Program-made: the position numbers and the translations under genes
Assembly (NCBI GenBank): GCA_020832345.1
Contig: JAFIEY010000155.1
Coordinates: 4,581-68,580, forward strand
Direction of reading: 5' to 3'
DNA length: 64,000 nucleotides
DNA from: Cryomorphaceae bacterium
Lineage (GTDB): Bacteria > Bacteroidota > Bacteroidia > Flavobacteriales > Schleiferiaceae
The notes under the pieces: generated by a model
Databases searched by the model: none
What the model was told of the DNA's origin: nothing
Seen by the model: the letters and a program-made list of their open reading frames with translations, nothing else
In this document: piece after piece, positions 29,435-39,895 of the stretch
Numbering within the stretch: the first letter of the stretch is position 1
How the letters are laid out: each line of letters starts with the position of its first letter

Positions 29435-32400
29435 ATGGCCGACACTTCTACCTACAGCTCATTATATCGACATCTGCCACTTCCTGCATTGGTCTATATT
29501 CTCAAAACCCTAAAAATTATAGATGCCAATCCTGCGGCTATTGACTTTTACGGTTATTCCAAAGAAGCGTTTTTAAACATGACACTGGAGGATATTCGTC
29601 CTTCGGATGAAATACCCAGGTTGCTTTCAGCGGTAGATCAATTAAAGGGGCAAGAGGGTAATATCAACTTTGGCATTTCAACACATCAAAAGAAAAACGG
29701 TGATTTGGTGCGCATGGAAATCAACGCCCATAAATTTGAGCTTCATGGCGAAACCTGCGTTATGGTTACTTGTCATGACGTAACCGAGCGCGAAATGCGT
29801 TACGCAGCCTTAATGGAATCGGAGCAAAAGCTTCAAGACGCCGTAAAAATTTCCAAAATAGGATATTGGAAACAGGATTTAGACGGTGGAAATTTACAGT
29901 GGTCTGACGAGGTTTATAATATATGGGGAATAAAGGAAACAACCCCAGCTCTAACTTCCGAATCCTTTTTGCGATCTATTCACCCCGATGATAAAGACCG
30001 CTATCTTCGGGAAAGAAAAAAGTTCAATCGGAAAGGGGGTGGTGAAATAGCCCATCGAATTATTAGGCCCGACGGTAGCGTTAGGTGGGTAAGGCATATT
30101 GGTCGAACCTTGTACAACCCGCATACCAAAAGCGAATTTGTACAGGGCACTGTTCAGGATATAACCGCACAAAAAAAAGAAGAGGAACGATTAAAGCTTC
30201 TCGAAAGCGTGGTAACCAATACAAACGATGCCGTTTTAATTACGGAGGCTGAACCCGTAGATGATCCCGGACCTAAAATCATTTACGCCAACAAGGCATA
30301 TACCAAAATGACTGGATATACTTTGGCGGAAAGTATTGGACAAAATCCAAGAATGCTACAGGGGCCAAAAACGGATGAGAGGGAATTAAAAATATTAAAG
30401 ACCGCTTTAAAAAACTGGAAACCCTGTGAGATTTCTGTTATCAATTACAAAAAAAATGGCGAAGCATTTTGGAACAACATGACCATAAAACCAGTGGCCA
30501 ACGAAAAAGGTTGGTTTACCCACTGGATTGCTATCGAAAGAGACATTACCCAACAAAAAAACGAGGAACAGGAAAAGGCCCTTTTGACCAAAATCAGTCT
30601 GGCTTTTCAAAAAGATTATTCCCTAACCAAAATCCTCACGAAAGTTTGTAACATTCTTGTAGAATACGGCGATTTTGCCTTTGGTGAATTTTGGTTGCCC
30701 GACATAAAAGAACAAACGATTAAACTTTCTGCAAAATGTAAAAATAATATTGCCGCTCAATCATTTTACAAAAACAGCAAAAGCACCACAAGTTTTGAAA
30801 AGGGAAAAGGACTTCCCGGAAAGGTATGGAAAAAAGGCAATATTGAAATCTGGGACAATCCCGGCAATAACGAGCAATTCACCAGAAAATCCGCTGCGAA
30901 AAAGGCGGGCATTACATCCATTATTGGCGCACCTCTCACTCACAACCAAAAATTTGTAGGCGTTTTGGTTATGGGCATATCCAACCTCGACGACAATTTA
31001 CAAAACCATCGGAATATTTTAAAAAGATTAGAATCATTTATTGGTTCAGAAATTAACCGAAAACGCCTAGAAAACCAGTTACAACACACCTTTCAAGCCA
31101 TACCAGATATCATTTGCTTAAAAGATTTTGAGGGTAATTTTTTAAAGATCAACCAATCGGGTTGTGATTTGCTCGGCTATGAGGAGAGCGAAATAATTGG
31201 AAGGTCTTGTGGAGACCTTATTCATCCGGCCCATATCCAACAGAGCGAAAAAATATTTTCCAAAATTTTATTGGGGCAAAAAAAGGCATCCTTCGAAAAC
31301 CGATACCTTACAAAAAATGGTTCTGTCGTTTGGTTGAGTTGGAATATTCGCAGCTCACCCGAGGACAAAATCCTTTACGCCAGTGCAAAAGACATTACCC
31401 GAGAGAAAAAACTCCGTGAACTTGTTGATAGCGCTACTTCTCTAGCACGGATTGGCGGATGGGATTTAGATTTAAAAACGGAAACGTTTTATTGGTCCGA
31501 CATGGTGCACCTCATTCACGAAACAGACATTGAAACCTACTCGCCAACACTGCCAGAGGCCATTAACTTTTATCGGGAAGATTATCGGGAGGAAATTGTA
31601 GGTATCATCACCAGAGCAGGCGAAACAACAGGACACTACGATTATGAAGCGCCCATTATTACCGCAAAAGGAAAGGAAATTTGGATACGCACCATTGGTC
31701 AGTTTGAATACCTAAACGGGGAACCCATTCGTATTTTTGGAAGTTTTCAGGACATCCACGAGCAAAAAATGGCCGAAATTCGGTTTAAAAGTGTGCAGGA
31801 CAATATACCAGGAGTCGTATTTCAGTACGTTCAACTACCCGACGGTTCAGATAAATTGACCTATGTGAGCAAAGGCTCGGAGATTGTTTGGGGACTCACA
31901 CCGGAGGAGTGCATGGAAGATGTGAGTAAAATTTGGGAGCAAATTGCCCGGGGTGGTACTCTTTCCAAAGTAGCCAACTCCGTCAGGGAATCTGCTGAGA
32001 AAATGGAAAAGTGGGAAGTTACCATGCGAAGCGTACTGCCAAACGGGGAGCTAATTTGGCTGGAAGGACATGGAATTCCCAGGGCCATGGCCGACGGAAG
32101 TGTAATATGGGACTCACTCATCATGGACGTTTCGGAACGGGTACAAATGAAGGAATTGCTGGAAGAAAGTATAAAAATATCCAGATTGGGCAGCTGGCAA
32201 CTTCAAGTATCTAACTCCGTCGTTTCCGACAAAATGTATTGGTCTCCCATGATAATAGAAATCCTCGAAATTGAGGAGGAAATCACCCCAACGCTGTTGA
32301 TGGCCTATTCCTTTTTTGAGGAAAAAAGTCGAAGCATCATCGAAAAAGCCGGTATAGCGCTTTTGGAAAAAGGCCGGGATTTTGATTTGGAATTACTGGT

Positions 32401-34354
32401 GAAAACAGCCAAGGGAAATGAGCGATGGGTGCGGTGTATAGGAAAATCAGATTGGGTTGACGGCGTTTGCATTCGCGTTTATGGAAGTTTTCAGGATATT
32501 CACCAAAGAAAAACCTCCGAATTGGAGCTTCAAAAAGCCTACAACGACAAGGTCAAGTTTATTGAAAGTATTGGAGATGCGTTCTTTACTGTAATGCCTG
32601 ATTTTGAAGTGACTTATTGGAACCAGAAAGCCAAAGAACTTTTGGGTATATCTCCGGAAGAAGTTGTGGGGAAAAATTTATGGGATGTTTTTGCCGATGC
32701 CGTAGAATTGCCATCGTACAAAAATTACCACCTGGCCCTGGAAACCAAAAAACCGATTTCCTTTGAGGATTTTTACGAAAACAAATGGCTGGAAGTAAAT
32801 GCTTTTCCTTCGGAGGAGGGGCTTACCGTATTTTTTAGAGACATTACCTATAGGAAAATTGCCGACGAGCGATTGGTAAAAGCATTTACTGAAAAAGTCA
32901 ATATTTTGGAAAGTATTGGGGATGCATTTTTTGCATTGGACAACAAATGGAAAGTGACCTACTGGAATCACATTGCTGAAAAAGTACTAGACATTCCCCG
33001 AAAAAAAATTGTGGGGAAAAATTTATGGAAAGTCTTTCCCAAGGCAATGGAATCTGATTTTTATGACCATTGTAAAAAAGCCAAAAAAACCGGCACCTCC
33101 GTACAATTTGAAGAACATTATCCCGATACTTCCAAATGGTTTGAAATTACTGCATATCCATCTGAGGAGGGGCTATCGGTTTATTTTAAGGACATAAGCT
33201 TGCGCAAGGAAACTGATATCCGGATTATTCAGGCCAACGAACGTTTTGAAAAAGCCGCTGAGGCAACCAGTGACGTTATTTGGGATTGGGATATCATGAA
33301 GTGTGAAATATCCTTTGGCAGTGGCTTGCTCACCAATTTCGGCCACGATTACAGCACCGAGCCTGTACCGATTGAAGTCTGGGAAAAATTGGTTCATTCC
33401 GAGGATAAAAACCGAGTCATTTCTTCACTTACCAAAACCATTGAAAATAAAGATGAGGAATACTGGGTAGAGGAGTATCGCTTTCTGAAAAAAGATGGCG
33501 ACTTCGCCTTCGTAATCGACAAAGGCGTGGTCATTAGGGATAAAAATGGAAAAGCCACCCGAATGGTTGGCGCCATAATAGACCAAACCTATCAGAAAAA
33601 ACACGAAAAGGAATTGCTCCGCCTAAATAAGGTTTTGCAAAAACACGCACAGGAATTAGAAACTTCAAACGAGCAACTCGAACAATTTGCCTATATTGCC
33701 TCTCACGACCTTCAGGAGCCCCTTCGCATGATCACCAGTTTTTTGAGTCAATTGGAACGAAAATACCAGAATCAATTGGACGAAAAAGCCAACCAATATA
33801 TCCACTATGCTTATGACGGTGCCAAGCGCATGAAACAAATAATCCTGGATTTGCTGGAGTACTCGCGTGCCGGAAGACAAGAAAACGATTGGGAAGAGGT
33901 AGATGTTAAAAGCATTTTTGAAGATTACCTGATGCTACGCAGAAAAATTATTGAAGAAAAATCTGCCCGATTAGTGGCCTCGCATTTACCTATTTTGGAA
34001 TGCTATAAAGCGCCCCTGATCCAAACCTTACATGCCCTCCTAGACAACGCCGTGAAATACAGTCGTGAAAACGTTGCTCCCGAAATAGCGGTTACCGCAG
34101 AAAAAAAGGAAGACCATTGGGAGTTTGCTGTTCGTGACAACGGCATTGGGATAGAGGAAAAGTTTTTTGACAAGGTATTCATTATATTTCAAAGATTACA
34201 CAACCGTGGGGAGTTTGAAGGCACTGGATTAGGACTTGCCATAGTGAAGAAACACGTGGAGTCTTGGGGTGGGAAAATTTGGTTGGAATCAACCTTGGGT
34301 AAAGGTTCGACTTTTTATTTTACTATTCCGGAGTTAAACCCTAAGTTTGAATAA
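29435..34354 (+). CDS. Cytoplasmic multi-sensor histidine kinase (about 10 PAS/PAC modules, 1 GAF, HisKA, HATPase_c)
   Basis: About 1639 aa from ATG 29435 with no TM segment. PAC-end motifs recur: DVTERE, DITAQKK, DITQQKN, DITREKK, DIHEQKM, DVSERVQ, DIHQRKT, DITYRKI, DISLRKE and IDQTYQKK. GAF region ...GKGLPGKVWKKGN...FVGVLVMG. H-box FAYIASHDLQEPLR. N and G boxes NAVKYS, DNGIGI and GTGLGLAIV. Confidence 0.9.
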   Translation: MADTSTYSSLYRHLPLPALVYILKTLKIIDANPAAIDFYGYSKEAFLNMTLEDIRPSDEIPRLLSAVDQLKGQEGNINFGISTHQKKNGDLVRMEINAHKFELHGETCVMVTCHDVTEREMRYAALMESEQKLQDAVKISKIGYWKQDLDGGNLQWSDEVYNIWGIKETTPALTSESFLRSIHPDDKDRYLRERKKFNRKGGGEIAHRIIRPDGSVRWVRHIGRTLYNPHTKSEFVQGTVQDITAQKKEEERLKLLESVVTNTNDAVLITEAEPVDDPGPKIIYANKAYTKMTGYTLAESIGQNPRMLQGPKTDERELKILKTALKNWKPCEISVINYKKNGEAFWNNMTIKPVANEKGWFTHWIAIERDITQQKNEEQEKALLTKISLAFQKDYSLTKILTKVCNILVEYGDFAFGEFWLPDIKEQTIKLSAKCKNNIAAQSFYKNSKSTTSFEKGKGLPGKVWKKGNIEIWDNPGNNEQFTRKSAAKKAGITSIIGAPLTHNQKFVGVLVMGISNLDDNLQNHRNILKRLESFIGSEINRKRLENQLQHTFQAIPDIICLKDFEGNFLKINQSGCDLLGYEESEIIGRSCGDLIHPAHIQQSEKIFSKILLGQKKASFENRYLTKNGSVVWLSWNIRSSPEDKILYASAKDITREKKLRELVDSATSLARIGGWDLDLKTETFYWSDMVHLIHETDIETYSPTLPEAINFYREDYREEIVGIITRAGETTGHYDYEAPIITAKGKEIWIRTIGQFEYLNGEPIRIFGSFQDIHEQKMAEIRFKSVQDNIPGVVFQYVQLPDGSDKLTYVSKGSEIVWGLTPEECMEDVSKIWEQIARGGTLSKVANSVRESAEKMEKWEVTMRSVLPNGELIWLEGHGIPRAMADGSVIWDSLIMDVSERVQMKELLEESIKISRLGSWQLQVSNSVVSDKMYWSPMIIEILEIEEEITPTLLMAYSFFEEKSRSIIEKAGIALLEKGRDFDLELLVKTAKGNERWVRCIGKSDWVDGVCIRVYGSFQDIHQRKTSELELQKAYNDKVKFIESIGDAFFTVMPDFEVTYWNQKAKELLGISPEEVVGKNLWDVFADAVELPSYKNYHLALETKKPISFEDFYENKWLEVNAFPSEEGLTVFFRDITYRKIADERLVKAFTEKVNILESIGDAFFALDNKWKVTYWNHIAEKVLDIPRKKIVGKNLWKVFPKAMESDFYDHCKKAKKTGTSVQFEEHYPDTSKWFEITAYPSEEGLSVYFKDISLRKETDIRIIQANERFEKAAEATSDVIWDWDIMKCEISFGSGLLTNFGHDYSTEPVPIEVWEKLVHSEDKNRVISSLTKTIENKDEEYWVEEYRFLKKDGDFAFVIDKGVVIRDKNGKATRMVGAIIDQTYQKKHEKELLRLNKVLQKHAQELETSNEQLEQFAYIASHDLQEPLRMITSFLSQLERKYQNQLDEKANQYIHYAYDGAKRMKQIILDLLEYSRAGRQENDWEEVDVKSIFEDYLMLRRKIIEEKSARLVASHLPILECYKAPLIQTLHALLDNAVKYSRENVAPEIAVTAEKKEDHWEFAVRDNGIGIEEKFFDKVFIIFQRLHNRGEFEGTGLGLAIVKKHVESWGGKIWLESTLGKGSTFYFTIPELNPKFE

Positions 34355-34499
34355 TAAGTCCACGCCAAAAAGTCCCTTTCTGCCAAAATCTTCCTTGTTA
34401 GTAGATTTTTGAATCCTCACTAACAGACAGTAAGCTGCGGTTTAAAAACCTCCTCCACGTCGATTTTGATTGAGATCATGCTTTTTGGCGTTGACTTCA
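34355..34499 (+). mobile_element. Family-1 element, form B, diverged copy with co-varying termini
   Basis: Starts 1 nt after the kinase TAA stop. The termini are TAAGTCCACGCCAAAAAG / CTTTTTGGCGTTGACTTCA. CTCT became CGCC in the left arm, with the matching AGAG to GGCG change in the right arm. Confidence 0.8.
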
Positions 34500-34676
34500 T
34501 TATAAATGAGTAAAAACTATGAATTTTGCTCATTTTTACTAAATATACCTATTATTCTACTTTTCTGAATAACTTTGTTGACGGAAGCATGGGGCTTAAA
34601 ATCTTTGGGGTTTGCCTTTTGTGTTGGTGAATTGCCACGAAATAACGTTCCTTTGTATAATCCAAAATCTCCCAGC

Positions 34677-35105
34677 ATGAAAATGGCCCATATACTATTG
34701 GTTGAAGACAATGAAGGCGATATTGTCCTAACACTGGACGCATTTGAAGAAAGCAAAATCAAAACGGATATCAGCGTTGTCCGAAACGGACAGGAAGCCA
34801 TAGATTTCCTTTTTCAACAAGGAGATTATAAAGATGCCCGACGACCTGATCTCATTTTACTCGACATCAACATTCCCATTCTCAATGGGCTTGAAGTGCT
34901 CCAAAAAATTAAGCAAAATGAAACCCTTAAGAAAATCCCGGTCATTATTCTCACTACTTCCGACCATCAAAGAGACATTAATAACGCATACGAAAACCAC
35001 ACCAATAGCTATGTCACCAAGCCCATCGAAATGGATGATTTCCTAAAAGTCATTTTAAAGATTGAGGAGTTTTGGTTGGAATTGTGTAAATTAGCTGAAA
35101 ATTAA
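34677..35105 (+). CDS. Stand-alone response-regulator receiver (Rcp1-like)
   Basis: 142 aa from ATG 34677. ILLVEDNEGD...DLILLDINIP...ILTTS...VTKP are the receiver motifs. No output domain. Confidence 0.85.
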   Translation: MKMAHILLVEDNEGDIVLTLDAFEESKIKTDISVVRNGQEAIDFLFQQGDYKDARRPDLILLDINIPILNGLEVLQKIKQNETLKKIPVIILTTSDHQRDINNAYENHTNSYVTKPIEMDDFLKVILKIEEFWLELCKLAEN

Positions 35106-35111
35106 ACCGCT

Positions 35112-36209
35112 TTGAGCAAAGACGTAAACCGCTACGAGCTGCTGGTCGTTGAGGACAACCCCGGTGATCTTTTGTTACTTAAAGACTTTTTGGACGAAAA
35201 GTTTTTGATGGTAAAAATTCATGAAGCGATCAATTTTTCCGAGGCAGAAGTGCTTTTAAAAAAGAATTTCCAATTATCTGCCATCATTTTAGATCTCAAT
35301 TTACCGGATTTAAGTGGAAGTGATCTCATAGAAATGATTCAACTTTACAGCAACCAAACCCCCATAATTGTTCTCACCGGCTACAGTGATTTGGAGGTTG
35401 CCAAAGCCTTTCTCCAACGAGGGGTCTCTGATTTTTTGCTTAAAGATGAAATGAATCCCACCCTGCTTTACAAAAGCATTATTTATTCTCTTCAAAGGCG
35501 GAAGTACATTGAGGATCTGCAAAATTCCCAGCAACTTTACAGCAATTTATTTAGCCTTAGTCCGCAACCTATGTGGCTGTACGGGATAGAAGATTTAAAA
35601 TTTCTGGACGTAAACAACGCAGCTGTGGCCAGATATGGTTATACCAAACAGGAATTTTTGTCAATGACCATCAAAGATATACGGCCTAAAGAAGAAGTTC
35701 CCGAACTCGAAAAAACACTTCTCAAATCCCAAAAAGTAAAAAATCGGGAGTTCAGTGGCATTTTCACCCACCAAACCAAGAGTGGGGAAATTTTAAAAGT
35801 AGAAGTTTTTAGTAATTTTATTATACACAAAAACAAACCGGTACGAATAATTTTGGCCAATGATATTACCGAAAAACTCAAGTACCTTGAAGCCATTGAA
35901 GAGCAAAATAAAAAATTGAGGAGTATTGCCTGGACGCAATCACACGTCATTCGGGCGCCTTTATCGAGAATTATGGGCATCATCCAACTTATCGAGCTAG
36001 AGGGTGAAAAATGTGCCGATCTTATGGATTTACTCAAAAGTGTAGTTGAATCAGCAAAAGAACTCGACATAGTCGTTGAAGAAATTGCTAATAAATCACA
36101 GTCGGTTGACCCGGAAAACCTTTGGGGTGAAAAAATAAAAACCTTGGAAAAACCCGATCAGAACATGGCTGCAGAAGATCCGCCAACTTATTTTGACGAT
36201 AAAATGTAA
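35112..36209 (+). CDS. Receiver-PAS-DHp (HisKA-like) protein lacking an ATPase domain
   Basis: 365 aa with a TTG start. REC (LLVVEDNPGD...IILDLNLPD...VLTGY...LLKD), PAS (PQPMWLYGIEDLKFLDVNNAAVARYGYTKQEF) and an H-box-like WTQSHVIRAPLSRIMGII. The protein ends about 95 aa later without N/G1/G2 boxes. Confidence 0.75.
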   Translation: MSKDVNRYELLVVEDNPGDLLLLKDFLDEKFLMVKIHEAINFSEAEVLLKKNFQLSAIILDLNLPDLSGSDLIEMIQLYSNQTPIIVLTGYSDLEVAKAFLQRGVSDFLLKDEMNPTLLYKSIIYSLQRRKYIEDLQNSQQLYSNLFSLSPQPMWLYGIEDLKFLDVNNAAVARYGYTKQEFLSMTIKDIRPKEEVPELEKTLLKSQKVKNREFSGIFTHQTKSGEILKVEVFSNFIIHKNKPVRIILANDITEKLKYLEAIEEQNKKLRSIAWTQSHVIRAPLSRIMGIIQLIELEGEKCADLMDLLKSVVESAKELDIVVEEIANKSQSVDPENLWGEKIKTLEKPDQNMAAEDPPTYFDDKM

Positions 36210-36329
36210 CAAGGCTTCGTTATTTTTTAATTTTTTATTATCATTGTATCGAGATTTAAAACCAAAACAATAAACCCACCATGATCGTATTTTTTTATAT
36301 AAATATGATCACTTTTTTTCTTTAACAAA

Positions 36330-36719
36330 ATGAGCAATAATTTACTAATTGTAGATGATGATCCCATAATCCACTTGATTTCCAAAAGGTTTTTAAGTAA
36401 AATAGGGTTTGAAGAGGGCATACTTAGCTTCATGAATGGTCAAGAGGCCATGGACTTTATTTCCGAATCATATCAAAACGAATCAAAATACTTGATTTTA
36501 CTCGACCTCAACATGCCCATTATGAATGGCTGGGAATTCTTAGAATCAATGCGGTCAAATTCGCTTGCGCAAAATGAAAACATCACCATAATCGTGGTGA
36601 CGTCTTCCATAGATAAAGAAGATGAAGATCGCGCCAGGGCTTACGAAATCGTACATGATTACCTGTCAAAACCATTAACCCTTGAGCAATTTGAATATGT
36701 TTTAGAAGCGCTCAAATAA
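36330..36719 (+). CDS. Stand-alone response-regulator receiver
   Basis: 129 aa. LLIVDDDPII...ILLDLNMPIMNG...VVTSS...LSKP. Confidence 0.85.
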   Translation: MSNNLLIVDDDPIIHLISKRFLSKIGFEEGILSFMNGQEAMDFISESYQNESKYLILLDLNMPIMNGWEFLESMRSNSLAQNENITIIVVTSSIDKEDEDRARAYEIVHDYLSKPLTLEQFEYVLEALK

Positions 36720-36731
36720 TCCAAATATGCT

Positions 36732-37766
36732 ATGAAAACCATTTTTTTCATTATCGCGGCTGGCCTGAGTTTTTCCTTGTCCGCTCAAGATGCTTTTGAC
36801 GAATTGATAAGAAAAGGTATTTCCCTCCACAATAAAGGAGCGTATCAGGAAGCCATTACGGAATACACAAAGGCCCTGGAAATCAAACCGGGTTCGGGTG
36901 TGGCACACTACGAAATAGCCTTTGCCTATTTTCATTTGGGGGTATTTAAAATGGCCGTAGAACACTCTGATAAAGCCATAAAAAGCAAGGAAAAAAATGT
37001 TTTACCCCTCGCCTACATCAATAAAGGTTCGAGTCTGGATTTATTAGGCGAACAGAAAAAAGCCATTAAAGTTTTTAAAAAAGCCATCAAAAAATTTGAC
37101 CCCAACCACCTGTTTCACTTTAATTTAGCCGTAACTTACATCAATTTTGACAAGCCAGAAAAGGGAGAAAAAGAACTGGCAAATGCCATTGGGGTAAACC
37201 CCAAGCACTCTTCCAGTCACTTATTGTTGGGCAACATTGCCGCCGATAGCAGACAAAAATCCAAGGGTATGGTCAGTCTGTTTTATTTTCTCATGCTGGA
37301 ACCCAATAGTGAAAGATCTAAAAAAGCATACCGTACTTTACGTAGTATTATGGAAAGCGGTGTATCTGTAGATCAGGACAATCCCAAAAAGGTCACCATT
37401 CACATAGATCCGAATTCCGGGGCGGAAGATCTCCTATTGGCATTAATGAGCATGAACATTGGCGAAGATAAAGAGGACAAAGATGAAGATGTAGAGGATG
37501 TAGAGATAACTGAAGAAGAGGCTTTTATAAACAAGAGCAAGAAAATGATTTCTGCCATGTACTCCTTTTCAAATGAAGATAAGAAAAAAGATTGGTGGCG
37601 AAAATTTTATCTGCCATTTCTACACCAGCTCTCAAAAAGCGAACACTTTGAGGCTTTCTGTTATCACATTTCACAATCAAACAGCCAGGCGGCACGCGAC
37701 TGGCTCAATGAAAACCCGGAAAGTGTAGTTCTTTTTATCGATTGGATAAATGAAAATATGCCGTAG
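36732..37766 (+). CDS. Secreted TPR-repeat protein
   Basis: 344 aa with signal peptide MKTIFFIIAAGLSFSLSAQ. TPR-like repeats (GAYQEAITEYTKALEIKPGSGVAHYEIAFAYF...) and an acidic stretch DKEDKDEDVEDVE. Confidence 0.7.
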   Translation: MKTIFFIIAAGLSFSLSAQDAFDELIRKGISLHNKGAYQEAITEYTKALEIKPGSGVAHYEIAFAYFHLGVFKMAVEHSDKAIKSKEKNVLPLAYINKGSSLDLLGEQKKAIKVFKKAIKKFDPNHLFHFNLAVTYINFDKPEKGEKELANAIGVNPKHSSSHLLLGNIAADSRQKSKGMVSLFYFLMLEPNSERSKKAYRTLRSIMESGVSVDQDNPKKVTIHIDPNSGAEDLLLALMSMNIGEDKEDKDEDVEDVEITEEEAFINKSKKMISAMYSFSNEDKKKDWWRKFYLPFLHQLSKSEHFEAFCYHISQSNSQAARDWLNENPESVVLFIDWINENMP

Positions 37767-37784
37767 GATAATTTCACAGTCGAT

Positions 37785-39137
37785 TTACATCATTATAATT
37801 CGCCCAATCCCAAAATAAATAAACAAACCAATAATGTCGTTGGTTGTGGTGATAAAAGGGCCGACCGCCACGGCAGGGTCAACGTTTATTTTATTAAGCA
37901 TTAAGGGAATAAAGGTGCCAAACAGCGCAGCAAAAACTATTACGCTGATAAGGGCTATACTCACGGTGATGGCCAAGTTATATCCATAACCCATGGCATA
38001 ACTTACCAGAAAAATTACCGAAGCACAGATAACGCCAGTAAGAAGACCTACGCCCAAATCCTTTAATAGTTTTTTTCCGAGAGTGTCCTTAAATCCACCT
38101 TCCGAGGCGAGAGATTGAACCACCAATGCTGCAGACTGTACACCAACATTGCCCCCGGTAGCCGCAATGAGCGGGATAAATAGCGCCATTTCTGGAAACA
38201 GGGTAATGTCAAAAAAGTCAATAACTCTGGAACTCAAAACGCCACCAATCATCCCGATTAAAACCCAAGGCAGGCGTGCTTTCGTCAGAATGATAACGTT
38301 ATCGCGGGCCTCCACATCCTGGGTCAAACCCGAAGCCATTTGGTAGTCCCGTCCAGCCTCTTCCGCCATCACGTCCAATACGTCGTCGATGGTGATTCGG
38401 CCCATGAGCTGGTTCTTTTCATTCACGACCGGGATAACCACCAAATCATACTTCCGCATTATTCGCGCAACTTCCTCGGCGTCGGTATCTGTATTTACGG
38501 AAACCACACTCGGATGATACACCTCGGACACGGGGGTTTTTGTTGAGGTCGTCAATAGTTTTTTCAGGCTTAAAGTGCCCAAAAGTTCATTGTCGTCATC
38601 CACAACATAGACCGTATGTACCTGCTCGATTTCCTCTGCCTGTTTGCGCATTTCACGCACACATCGCATGACTTTCCAGTCTTTGTTTACCTTGACCAAT
38701 TCCTTGGCCATCAACGCACCTGCGGTATCCTCCTCGTGGGTTAATAATTCGGCAATTTCCCGCGCCTGGTGTTCATCGGAAATATTGTCTAAAACCTCCT
38801 GGATGCGCTCCTCCGGCAACTCCGCGATGATATCTGCCGCGTCATCGGAATCCAACTCCCCGATGATGTCCAAAGCAATTTCGGAAGCGGAATACTCCTC
38901 GAATAAAAGTTGCCGAACCTCGTCGTCCAATTCCACGATGACATCCGCAGAACGGGTTTTTGGCAACACGGAAAGCAGTCTTCTGCCGTGTTCAACATCC
39001 AATCTATCGATGATTTCCGCGATATCTGCTGCGTGTAAATCCTCAATATTCTGCAATACCTCCGGCAATCTGTTTTGCTCAAGGCATTCCTCCAGGTACT
39101 CCAAAAAGGCCGGGGTAAGTTTTATTTCGTTGCTCAT
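37785..39137 (-). CDS. mgtE: Magnesium transporter MgtE
   Basis: 450 aa with an N-domain, tandem CBS domains, and a C-terminal 5-TM domain containing ATGGNVGVQS and DPAVAVGPFITTTNDI. Confidence 0.92.
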   Translation of the reverse strand: MSNEIKLTPAFLEYLEECLEQNRLPEVLQNIEDLHAADIAEIIDRLDVEHGRRLLSVLPKTRSADVIVELDDEVRQLLFEEYSASEIALDIIGELDSDDAADIIAELPEERIQEVLDNISDEHQAREIAELLTHEEDTAGALMAKELVKVNKDWKVMRCVREMRKQAEEIEQVHTVYVVDDDNELLGTLSLKKLLTTSTKTPVSEVYHPSVVSVNTDTDAEEVARIMRKYDLVVIPVVNEKNQLMGRITIDDVLDVMAEEAGRDYQMASGLTQDVEARDNVIILTKARLPWVLIGMIGGVLSSRVIDFFDITLFPEMALFIPLIAATGGNVGVQSAALVVQSLASEGGFKDTLGKKLLKDLGVGLLTGVICASVIFLVSYAMGYGYNLAITVSIALISVIVFAALFGTFIPLMLNKINVDPAVAVGPFITTTNDIIGLFIYFGIGRIIMM

Positions 39138-39895
39138 AACAGCATACTTAGCAGTTCATCAAATTCCTCAACCGAAAGCGTTTCCGGTCTGCGGCCAAAA
39201 ATAGGCAATTCTCGCTGACTTTGGGCAAAAGAATATCCTTTTAATGAACCTCGCAACATTTTCCGTCTTTGGCCAAAGGCCGTTTTTACCAATTTTAGAA
39301 AATCCTCCGGTGCATTTTTTATTCTGGGCTGGGGTAAACGCTTTAATACAATCACGCCGGATTTCACTTTGGGCGGGGGAAAAAAAGCGCCTTCTGCTAC
39401 AGTAAAACAATAACTGACTTCATAAAAAGCTTGTGTCCAAACACTGAGAATGCCGTACACCTTACTCCCGGGTGGGGCAGCAATACGCTCTGCCACTTCC
39501 TTTTGAAACATACCGCCTGCCAGCGGAAATAAATCCCGGTAGGCGACCATCTGAAACATGATTTGACTGGAAATATTATAGGGGAAATTCCCGATTAGAG
39601 CGGTGGGCCCGGTAAGGATTTCACGCAATGGAATTTTGAGAAAATCACCAGCTATGAGATTTTCGGGAGAAACTATATTTTGCGCCAAAAGGTAATCTAC
39701 CGATTCTCGATCGATTTCTATGACTTTTACCTTTGGGTATAAGGATTGTAAATGACGAGTAAGAATGCCTTTTCCAGGACCTATTTCAAGTACCCGATCA
39801 ACTTCTTCGCCTGCAAATATTTCAGCAATTTTCAGTGCTATGGATTCACTCTTTAGGAAGTGTTGTCCCAGGTGCTTTTTTGGGCGAACATTCAT
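39134..39895 (-). CDS. rsmA: 16S rRNA (adenine1518/1519-N6)-dimethyltransferase
   Basis: 253 aa. KKHLGQHFL...VLEIGPGKGILT...GNFPYNISSQI. It overlaps mgtE by 4 nt. Confidence 0.92.
   Translation of the reverse strand: MNVRPKKHLGQHFLKSESIALKIAEIFAGEEVDRVLEIGPGKGILTRHLQSLYPKVKVIEIDRESVDYLLAQNIVSPENLIAGDFLKIPLREILTGPTALIGNFPYNISSQIMFQMVAYRDLFPLAGGMFQKEVAERIAAPPGSKVYGILSVWTQAFYEVSYCFTVAEGAFFPPPKVKSGVIVLKRLPQPRIKNAPEDFLKLVKTAFGQRRKMLRGSLKGYSFAQSQRELPIFGRRPETLSVEEFDELLSMLL

Noticed and set aside
30200-30550. LOV-like PAS domain in the big kinase (GQNPRMLQGPKTD...INYKKNGEAFWNN...), a possible blue-light sensor
   Set aside because: The adduct-forming Cys of the NCRFLQ motif is Pro here, and the conserved I-beta Gln position appears to be Glu. 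NPR.LQ-type PAS domains are common in non-photoreceptor kinases, so nothing supports photosensing.
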